This document shows positions 11,501 to 23,500 of a stretch of 64,000 nucleotides of DNA, piece after piece. The DNA is taken from NCBI GenBank assembly GCA_977020255.1, contig CDROCS010000152.1:868001-932000 (forward strand), written 5' to 3'. This DNA is from Obrimoposthia wandeli. Its lineage: Eukaryota. Positions within the stretch are counted from its first letter, which is position 1; each line of letters begins with the position of its first letter. Under the pieces are notes generated by a model, which was not told where the DNA came from, did no database searches, and saw only the letters and a program-made list of their open reading frames with translations. The position numbers were made by a program, and so were the translations under genes.

Positions 11501-14500
11501 CTAGAATTAAGTAGGACACGAACAGGTAGGCCACATCCATCTGTAAGCCCTGTCGCTACAGAACTCACGTGGGGGCCTCCATACGAGGATCCAATTGAAG
11601 AGTTTTCAATAGAAACTCCATCAACATTAATATTTTAACAAATAATAATTTTAAAATCTTTTTTATTTATTACTTTTAAAAAAGTCATAATATAATATAA
11701 TACACATACTAATCTTTTGTAGATCCCCATTTATCAACAAGAAATCTATGGGGCATACTACTCAGTGGTTTCAAGGACCCTGAGGAATATATGACCCGTT
11801 TTCAATTATAATGGTTATTTAAGCTGATTTATCTTTATATTGATGATTATTTCCATATACCATGAAACATAAAATTTCCCATAAATTTTAGATTTGGCTA
11901 AAACCCAACTATTGGATATAAAGACTTCTTACAGGTGTGACATTTTTCTTTAGGATTTTAACTTAATATAGCTTTTAATTGATTTCCAGTAACATGTATA
12001 CGTAAATGACCAAACCTATCGAACATTCCTCAAATCAAGATGGTACCACCTTCTTTTCAACATCTGGCTCGCTTGAAAATATCGTCTGACTAATGACGTC
12101 AATAAGAACGGTACTTATCTGGCCCATTTAACGTGAACCATTTGCATCGCACCAAAGAATTAAAAACTTCAAATGATCTTCAGCAAACTTTAGATGATTT
12201 TCTGTTATGAATGGTTATTACTGGCTTAAACTTAGGATCTAATAATTGTACTAAGTTCGAATTATCATATATATGCTTAACCTTAAAGATTTTCAATATT
12301 CACTTTAATTTTTCAATGTTGACATTATAATTTAGGGATTTATCTCTTTTTGAAAACATTTGTGGTCTTATAGGACAAATTTTGGATCCATACGTCAGAG
12401 GAAGTTTTAAATAATTATTGATTGTTACATGACTTTTATAATCTTGGAATTCTTGATTAAACATCGACTCATTACTCTTCCGGAGGTTAGATTTGTGTCG
12501 TAGTCATTTTAAAGTACATTTAAGAATCTCTTCTGATCATATTTTAACATTATGATAACTTAAATTAGGGAAATATTAAAATGTAGAAATATTTATGTAA
12601 CACTTACTTTAAGCGAAAAATATTAAATTGGAAATATCTTGCGATAGAAACAAAAATAATAATAGATTGGTCAATAACATGAGGGTCAATTGAAAGGGAT
12701 TAAAATATCAACAGTGACCCAAATATTTATGTTGCATACTGTATTAAACTCTTAAAAAGTGCATACTTGTATTACTCTTATGATAAGTTATATAGCTGAA
12801 ATATCATATGATCCGAGTCCCAACTGTTTAATAGATTACTCTCCAAGATGTTTATATATATTTTAAATTTTAAATTCTCTTCAACGATTACAAGACTCTG
12901 ATAACCAGAGACGAATATAGCTCACTAGATCATTTCTGTTTGTTTTTTTAAATATCACTACAACTACTAGTTTTCCTTTCTGTATATCTCACCGTATCGG
13001 GTTCATTTTATTTCAATACATTCACTTTATGAAATTATGATGCTTTGTAAGGGTTGGAGCCTTATAAATATAAAATTCATCCAATGCTTTGAAGAGGTAT
13101 GAAACAAAATTATGTGGAAATCAAAATATTTAAAATGTTCTCTAGCAACTTGTCTGACTGACTTTTATCTATTCGAAACATCATTGATTATTATTCTTTA
13201 ATCTGTAGTATCTAATTCATATTTTTGTCAGGTAAAGTGAAAAGCCTATCCATGCTGTGAACCTAAGTCTAGATATGGTCACATGGGAAATATTTATCAT
13301 TTTCGATATTGTGAATAGATTTTTTCCATATCTGGCATATCTTTTAATTTTCTTTCAACGTTTAAATATGTTTCATACAGCATATTTACATCTAATATCT
13401 ATTAAAAAGCCAATGCGAATAAAAAATGCTAACGCTAAAATTAAATTAAATTTATTGTAATAATTTTAAAAATATTTTTAACACTTCTAAAAAACACAAT
13501 TGTTATAAACCTGACTTTTTTTAAAAATGTACGTGTAAAGATAATCATAGTTTTGATTTCAATGTAAAAGTATATCTGAATTATTCATTTATCATAAGGA
13601 AACATTATGTAGTGTTAGTGCGCGCTTTGTGAACAAAAAAATACCCCAATAATTTATAAAACCTAAATTTTTAGACTAAATAAGTAAAGTTCTCCATAAT
13701 TTCACTCTACATTCTTTATTATATAGCTAAAATAAAAGTGTTTAATGCCTCAATTAAAAACTACTATATCACCTGTTGCCAAGTGATGTTGGCGGTGGTG
13801 GTTGCTAATAGTGACAGATGAGTCCAGGTACGATTGTGGAATCCGGTCAGCCATGTGGGATAATTGGACTCCCTGAATAGGAGGGGCAATGCAGTCATGA
13901 GTATGACCAATAAGCTGTTTCCAGAAGTCACATCCTTTCAAACTAAATGCGTGAATTGTATTTAATTATACTCAATATTCACGCGAATTTCAATAGAAAG
14001 TGAATTAACATTATGAACAGTATTTATATTAAAATATACTAACAAAACTAACACCAACAGTTATTATATCACTAAAATAGATATTTCTCATAAAATTAGA
14101 TTTTCAGCGTTCTTTGTAAGTATCATTGTACGGTCGTAATCACTCACGGCTTCGTACCTGCTTGATGCAGCACTTTGTTAACATATGAAACAGATAAACC
14201 AACTTCTTGGCTTACCCTACGTTGAGATGTGTGGGGATCATCTGCGAAAGCAGCAACAGCTCCCTTCGATGATCGTCCACAGTTTTACGTGGAAGCACTG
14301 ACAAAGTTAGTAAAATCGATATCTCCAGTCCAACAAAGTCCCCACAGGTGGTGGTTGCATGTTAAACTTATCACTAAACATTCATCCGGTTTCTTCTCGA
14401 TCAAAATTTATTGTGAAATAAACAACTGAGACGATTCCTTCAATATTTAAATTATGGAATTTTATACTCTAATTAAATTGTTTCAACAATAAAACTTATT

Positions 14501-17500
14501 CCTAATAATGTGCTATTAAAACAATTTCTATAAAATCCTCAAAATATGGCGAAGTATAATATAATTTCATAAACGTAAGATTTTGCTTAATATTTCAGTA
14601 GTAAATCAGGTGCTTATTTCAAACAGACTATGACTGAAGTCAGGGAATATACAATTGAATATCGAGTCAAAACTAGTTTCTAATTATATACTTCATTAAG
14701 TTATTAAAAAAAGTATTTAAATATAAGTTATAACATTTTTTTAAATAAATACATTTTACAAACAATAATTTGAACTTTATAATAATTCAAAAAGAATTAA
14801 TATCATTAACTTGAGATTTATTTATAAGAAAATAATAGTATAAATTATTTTAAATACATACTTACATAAAGAAGAAAATAATTCTTTCAAAACCAGTTTC
14901 GTTTGAAATTTTGAAATAATTCATTTTATCGTTTAGTACAACATTTCACATTTTTACATATATATGGGAGTTATAAATTACCAAATTTATTAGTGTTAAA
15001 TTTTGTTAATATTAAGCGGTTCCCAGTTGATATTTGCTCAAACTTCGAAGAATCGCAATTTTAGGTGAAGAGATAATATCGAATTGTTTTTAGTTTTACA
15101 TGAAGATTTTGTCTTAAATTGATAAATTTGAGTTAAAATTCATGTATTCACACATAAAACAGAAGATTTGCATACATGTGAAATTAATTATTTGTCAACT
15201 GACTTTAGACCTTTACACAATTTTGTTTATATTTTCAGATGTTGAGAAATTCTGATACAAAAAATTCATTAGAAAAATTGAAGTTGAAATGTTACAGAAA
15301 TAGTATAAATTATGAGGCTTTGGAAAATAATATCTATTCGCAAGATTGGATGTGATTAATCCATATTGACTAAAACTAGTGAGAAAAATTATCTAATTAG
15401 TGTTTAAATGTAATAAACCAATGCACGGTTAACGTTGTGTGTTTGTATCTAAAAAGATTTAATTGAAAGGATTTTTTGTTGAAAGTACATCAAAAATTCA
15501 ATGTTTTAAATTTAAACTTATTCACTTGAAAATTTCAAAACAGGAATTCAAAGAAACGTTAATTGAGTGAAATTATGGGCCGAATTTACTACTCAATTAA
15601 GTAGTAATCAACATATATTTAATTTCTCCGTTGTATTAAAATAAAGTGTGGATGATTTCCATTTTTTCAAAATTTATTAGTAACCGTGTAGTTATATTTG
15701 ACTGTTCATGTCGATTTCAATATGAAACGAGAAATATTCATTATATTGTAAGTTAAGCCGTTATGAAATAAGATTCCTTTCAAAAAATAGAGCGGTGATA
15801 TTAGCATTTATTTTAACGAAAACTTTGGATGTAGTACACCCATTTATTTTGTTTATGTAAATATATAATCTATCAATTTATGATATAGTTATAAAGCTTA
15901 TAGCCTAGGTCAAGCAAGTCGAATCATTCAAGGCAAATGCATTCTTAAATATGTAAAAGTGTTGTTCAGAACAATTTTTTTAAAAATTAAGCTTTACTCG
16001 ATATACCATTGCCACCAGAATTGATGATATAACTGGAACTTTAAGGAGTCAACTAAAATCAATAATTCCAACATTTGAGAACTATTCCTTTGCAATCAAC
16101 GAAAGTACTGAAGTACATGATAGCACTCAGCTGGCTGTGTATATGTACGATTAAATATGATCAACTTTAAAAAACAGAAAAAATCAGATTAACATGCTCA
16201 ATCATTTTTAAAAAATACAGTTTAACTAATTCAACCAAATTTTAAAGATTTGGTTAATGAAAACCGTTGCAAGATTCTTCCAAAATAAAATTATATAATT
16301 TTGTTACATGCATTTTTATTTGAAAAACCAGTTTTGCCACTTTATTTGTACTTTTGATCATGGTTGTACTTTGTCATGTAATTTAGTACTACAATGTTAA
16401 TAATAAAAGAATTTTGTTGTTGTTATATTGGGGCCTGCAGCATGATGTTTAATACTTAATGTAATTTTTGGTGGTAAACGAGTTTGACATGCTTGGTTTA
16501 GACTTACATAGATTTGTCTAGATACAATTATACTTTGTCAACAGGAGTAAAATTTAACAGATTTTTATCCCATTTTCCAATCCATAAATCTAAACGATAA
16601 TAAATAGTAGTATATAACCACTTTCCTGTGGGTGGCTTTTTTATCTGTACTTATGCTTTCTAGCGTGAGAGTAACTAATCAGGAGCAGTTTCGAATGAGT
16701 GGGTGGGTGTAAACATGAAACAGGCAGCTACAGAGGGAGAGAGAGCAACTCGGATTCATAATCCCAAATTTTCTGACAATCGTTGATATGCATTCTCTTC
16801 ATTTGGAATGGGCGGACATATTGTGGAAATAATTTGGAGTACTTATCCGCCACACAAATGGACACGAAACTATAAGTAGAATATTTAGAAAATCTCTGCA
16901 ATACCGATTACAGATTATTTCTAGGGCAACGAGCCTGAATGTTAAAAAGAAAACTGGATTATTCAACTTTCAAAACGTTCTTATTCATAGAGTGGAGGTC
17001 AACGTGGCCTATGTATATTTTATTATGAGTCGAGGATAAACATAAAGAAACTGAAAAATATGTGAATCATAAATACAGGGTGTGTCAAAATGTCACCGAT
17101 GAACATTCGAAACAATTTATTAGCTTCCACAAAATGTTTATAGACATGTTGTCACCCAGGCAATTTGCAACCCGTCCTTTTGTCACAAATATTCATTATT
17201 AGTACTTCAAAATTAGTTAAAAAAATTGCAATATTATATTTCACCCTATTGTTGAAAAATTAAAAAAATTTAAAGTGAATTTGTTTAAATGTTATAATTA
17301 AATCTCATTCAAATGTAGTCAGCCCTAATAATGGTGTTCATAAAATGTTCGTGAAAAGGGAGAATTGATACTGTTTTTTTAAGTAACGTAAATATAAAAG
17401 TACAAATAATAAATATTTGGTGGGAAAGGGCTAGGAGGCAAATGACCAATGGCGCAACAACGGGCCTGTTCCCCAATGCATTAATTATTATATATTAGTA

Positions 17501-20500
17501 TTAGAAACCATAAATAAACAATGATAATACATGTTACTATCTTATTTTCAAAATGACCTCCAATGGCCTGATTTTTTGACCTGTCAGCATTATGCTGTCA
17601 TTGCATTGGCCGTAGTGTCTTGGAGCCCCTCTCGTATATAAGAGACGGAGAGGCTCGAGGCTTTGAAAGGGTGAAAAAAGTGTTACTGTGATTTTAGTTG
17701 AAAAGGAGTTTTTATGTGAAGAGAAAGGTGTTTATGGGATTTTAGTTCGAATAAAGAAGATTGGCAGGTTTTTTGTGGGTTTGTTATGACAACCCCAAAT
17801 CTATACATTGCTTAATTCTTACACGTAGGGATGCACAAATCTGTTGGCATAGCTCTTTTGGGAAACCTCCAAGATCAGCCTTTTCATATGGTATTTGTTT
17901 TCAATTATGTCCCTATAGACCTGCTCAGTTACAATTCCTACATAATGCGAATGGACGCCATTTTGCCGCCTCCACGTAAAGAATATTTGTCCACAAAACC
18001 CACATTATGATATTCTTATTTAGAAAAAGAAGCTTCATCGGTGAATTTCGATACATCTTGTATATGAACTGATGTGTTTTATGAGTTATAAAAAACTGTA
18101 ACAAAGTAAAACATTTCTTCCATGAACGCTTACTCGCAGGAGTGCACTTATTACACAGGACCACATCTTAAACAACATTTAGAGCAATGTTTCACAAAAA
18201 TCTGGGCTATGTTTAATAAAAAAAATTAATGCAAAAGTTAAAAGTACACAAATAATTAAATTATCAAAAAATATGTTGTATACTATTTAGTATTTGCATA
18301 CACACGTATGCCTCATAAATACGTTGCCTTCCACTCGAATGTTTCTCGAAGTATTAAAACATTATTGACTTCATTTGGTAATCAAAGAGAGAAATTACTC
18401 ATTATAAATTCCAATATATATTATTATTACAAAATATTTTTGATAATTAAATATAACAAGTAAATTAAAAAACATTAAATGAGTTTAAATAATTGAGTCA
18501 TCACCACCTATATTAATATATTAAAGTTTATTCATTTGTAAAATTATTTATAAGGATAATATTTATGACTAACAAAATAACTAGCCCAACTGATAAACAC
18601 AGATTAATTTGAAATATATACCATTTAAATAATTTTATTTCCTAAGACTTTTATCGGTTTGTGTGGTTTTAAAGAAAAATTCATTTTAAATGACTTGTTC
18701 CACGTATGTTGTTTAAATCTAGTAACAACTAAGCTAATGTCTAAACTTATATAAAATATGGGAAATATTTGTAATTTTGAACATTTGTTTTAAAATTAAC
18801 CTACAAGAATCATACTAAAATTTGCCATATTTTAATACCTTGTTTTCTAAGTAATTGTAACGTTTACGGCCCTCCTATAAATTTGTTAGATTAGGAAAAA
18901 TTGAAAACTAAAGGAAATGTGTGATTATTTATAATAGAAAATTAACATCCAAGTGAAGGTTATAAATGACGAAATAAAATCAATTGACTTATCGGAGGAA
19001 TCGAGTGGAGCTATCAACGGCAACACACTTAACAGTGAGAAACAACACAAAAAATAATCACTGATAAAATTTAAACCAAATAATTGAATTTGAGTATCTA
19101 AGTATTCGTGAAAAGTTATTTTAAAGTGCTATCGATTTTAAAAGTAGTATTGATCAAAATAAAGTATTAAATCAAAGTGTATTATAGTAAGTGTTTTAGT
19201 CGAATCCTATTTTAATTGAGTTGTATTAAAGTCTTAAGTAAGGCATAAATAATTGAATTATATTGAGGTTCTAAGTAAAGCCTTTAAGTGGTTTGTACTA
19301 AATTAGATTCAAAGATTAAGATAAAGCATATCCAAAATGAATATAGTAAACGTAAAGTATTGTCCTACTTCGTATGAGTTAGTAAACCATATAGTTCGTT
19401 GGTAGTGACTAATATATTTAGTTGGAATATATCCCACCTGTGGTTAAAGTAATATAAGTTTCGAATAAAAACTGCGAAATCCCATTTTGGTTTTAGCTAT
19501 CATCGGGTAATATTCAAAACAACTAACCTGTAGGTCAGCTGAAAGCTGTTAGATTTATGCACTTAACATACAATACAATCAACTAAGTTCTCTGAAGATT
19601 ACAACATATATTTAAGCTACAGTGGGAGATTCTTTGATATAAGAATACAATAAAAACTTAATAAATAAAAAAGTACTCACTTTAGCAAATAATCAGACCA
19701 CAACAAATAACCATAGATATCGCATACCAATACTATAGAAATACAAAGTTTAGGAAGAGAAAAACTCATTTGTGTACAAGTTCACACTCTATTCACAAAT
19801 TAATTAATCCTTCCCGGTAAGGAAACAATTCCAGATACTTAATTCACATATTTTATCTAATCAATTTTTAAAATTTCACTGTATTTAAAATTAAATTAAA
19901 AAGTACCGCATATTTCTGATATAACGAAATTCAACCGACCCTTGAAAAAGATTCGTTATAACTGAAATCCATTATATCCGAAATGAAGAAATATCAATTG
20001 AAGTCATCTTTGTTGAATTAAAGTTTATATATATCTTGATTCATTATTATAATACTTGAATACAAAATGCTAACCGCATCCAATTTGAAAATTATTTCAT
20101 AAGCACACTAGGAAAAAATAAATGTTTTCTAGTTTTAAAGATGTCAGTAGAGCTATAATGAGTGAGGAAATGAAGATATGAGATAGTCAGTCATTTGTGT
20201 TTAATCATTCTTTATCTTTGTTTTAATTGACTTAACGAAATCAATGACACGTGTATGAACTTACTGATTATTGAGTCTTTCATAAGGAAGACTGTCTAAG
20301 TTACTTTCGTTATATCCGAAATCCATTGTATTAGTTAGTTACAACAGTGAAATCTGGAACTCTACGAAACAATTCTTTTTAAAAAATTCCCTTAAACACA
20401 GAATTTTTAAATAATCACAGTACAAAGCTACACAATCAAAGTCAAACTGTGCCTTGATTCATCAAAAGATTGTCAGACATGATGGCGTTAATTAGCAATA

Positions 20501-23500
20501 ATATTGAAATACAATTTACAATAAAAGTACATAATTGTTATATTTGATAATAAGATTTTAATGGATAAATTATTTCCAATTAATTCATTAGTAAACATTT
20601 CCGTCTTCAGTAATAACAGCAACAATAATGATCAGTAAAAATTTTGTTTTAAACAGTAAATGCAATAACAATGATCATATATATGATCAGCAATAATTTC
20701 TGCTTTCTGTAATAACAATAATAATTATGGTCAGCAATAATTCTTCTTTTTTGTAACAATTTAATAATTCGTCTTAGAAATTATATCAAATCCCTATATG
20801 TTAAACAAATTTATATGAATATTTCTGTCGCACGAACACACACACGCAAATCGGCACTACTACACAGATCGAAGCAGTAAAATAACAGGTGTGTATGTGG
20901 TGCACTTAAAATTGGGCAGGCAGAAAAATCGATAGAGGATGCTAGAATTCTTTCTGTGTTATCTCCTATTTAGCAGACAATTTTCGCAGACAAAGAAGTA
21001 TTAAAAAAAAAAATTAAAAACAGCCCATCAATATCTTAAAAAATCGTTGTTCGACTGAGGGCACTTCGATAAATTAATTTAAACTATATATTTCAATTCC
21101 CAACATAATTATTCATATTACATTTGAGCAAAATGATACATTTCAAACTGCACAAATAATCACAAATATAAGTATGTTGTAAATGACGGGGTGGTGCGCA
21201 GTTATGAGTATTATAGGTTAGTGTTTGCTATAATCGTCATGTCATTCATGACTCAGTTAGTCTTGTGTAACAATGCAGACGTTAAGAAGGAGTACATATG
21301 AACTGAAGAAGATGCAGTGTGAAATACGATTTAATTGAATTGTGGATTAGATCACAAATTATTAACAGTTTTTTTATTTCTTTTTGATGTAAATGATTCG
21401 GTTTTTAGTTTTTGGTTAATTCTAATTAAAACTAAAATTGGTGTTTTTCTCATTATTTTTATTTTTGTCAAAAAAAATTACATAATTTATTTATTTCTGA
21501 TCATTTTTGATTTATAATTAAAAAAATATCTAACTCAGGAATAATTTTAAGGTTGGATTTTCATAAATCATACTGAAATAAAGCTGCCATATTAGAGTTA
21601 AATTTAAACGAACATTAAAAAATAGCAAATATTAAAATTACTATCCTTTAAAAATGTTAAGCAAATAAATAACAATAGTTTAAGTTTTGAATAAAGTTTA
21701 TACCAAAATACTTATTAAAATGTTATGTAGTGACCCACAATAGAGAATAATAGTTTTAAAATATTAATTAATTTTGTGTAAAAGTCACCTTTTTACGAAT
21801 AAATTTTTAAAGAAAGACCTTAGATCAAAATCTAAACTACACATAAATTAATAATGAAATATCGATTTATTTCATGTATGTTCGAAAGTTTTTCAACTTT
21901 CGTATTAAGAAAGATCCACAAAAATGTGAATTTTGTTTATTAAAACGTTAATTAATTAAACTTTAAAGATGAATTACTAGACATCTAAAAGTCTCAAATA
22001 AATGAACATAACATCCTTTTAAATCATAAAGTATTTATATTTGAAAAATGTACGGTTCATCAAAATCCCACCTTTGGGTAAAAAGTTCTATAATATAAGA
22101 AAGTACATAAAACTTTACAATACTAACAAGCAAACACACCTACTAACGGATTACCCGATGGAACCTAAGTGGGCAAATTATCTAAATTATCAAACCCCAT
22201 TTAGATTAATTCAAAAGCCCCGACAGGAAGACCCGGGCTCTACATGAATATTTTGGGAATATAAAAACCCTGTTTTTGGGAGATAGACAATAAAATTTTA
22301 CTGGACATCGTGACTGGCCTCCTACAAAAAATTCGACAGGTCATTATTTTTTATCTTTTTATTTTTGTTATTTTTATTCTTAAATATGTTAACGTTTTAA
22401 AAAATATTGAAATTTTGATTTGAGAACTATTTTATGGCAATACAATAATTTGGAATCTACTTGGATTATAGCAGATACCAAATGTTTTTCTATTGATGGA
22501 ATTATCTCACACATTTGGAAATATTTGCAAAATGGCAGTTACTGAACGGTTTCAATGGAAGAGTCCAACTGATTATGTAGCACAATTATTGCTTGTGTCA
22601 TGTGCTTCCGGTGTTGTAGGGGAAGCTATTATTGTTGGTGGAGTGATTCACATTTATGATAAAGATAAATCAAAAGTAGATCGAGAATTTATATATGAGA
22701 AGAATAAATAATCGATAATAATGTGTTTGGTTTGGCATGGGTTCAGCTACAGCCATATCTGTAAAACTCGCACATGTGTGTGTATGTCTGTATGCAAGAA
22801 GTAATGCGTGCCCAATCGATTGTTGTCCCATTTCATTTCAAAGTTATTTCAATGGAAAACGACGATTCATGATTGATTTAATGATCCCAACCCCCCTGTA
22901 ATTATACCCCAGTTCAAGTGGTGTCACCAGATTTGCAGAAATATAGTTGGTTTTTAGAAAGTGAATTGTTCAAATTAAAATTTAAAAAACACTGGCACTA
23001 TGAGCTCAACATCAGTAGAAACCTGGAAGAACAATGCGGAATTACATATCAGAAATTTAAGCGAAGCTGAACTGGAGATTGTTCAAGTTATTCAACGAGA
23101 TTTTGAGCTGAAAGCAGCAAAAAAAGTACGGATTCGTCGTCATAAACGTTAATCAAAGGATGCGGACGAACAAATAACGGTTTTAGCAACTTATGATTTC
23201 AACAAGAGTTTCTGTGTTATCTGTTTTAGACGGTTTTGGCCTTTGATTATTCCTAAACGATAATGTTATTCTTGCCAGCATTACATGTGCCGTAAAGGAA
23301 GTTGCTTTAAAAAAACAGAGTTTACATTTGTATGCTTTGTCAGAAAGAAAGGTTAGTTCTAAATAAACAATTTAATATAAACAAAAATAAATAATTGAAT
23401 AATGAATAAAACACATACAACACAATATAAACAGATTTCAATATTGATTTTTTTTGTCTTCAAAATTGTTCTAACCATAAATTCACTGTATTAAATAAAT

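Noticed and set aside
22215-22245. Helitron 3' hairpin (AGCCC..GGGCT) at the cassette edge
   Set aside because: The stem is only 5 bp with a long loop and is not followed by a proper CTRR end.
22430-22720. Short-chain dehydrogenase / QDPR-like fragment
   Set aside because: Only vague resemblance (IISHIWKYLQNG; VAQLLL..GEAIIVGG) with wrong spacing; left unassigned.
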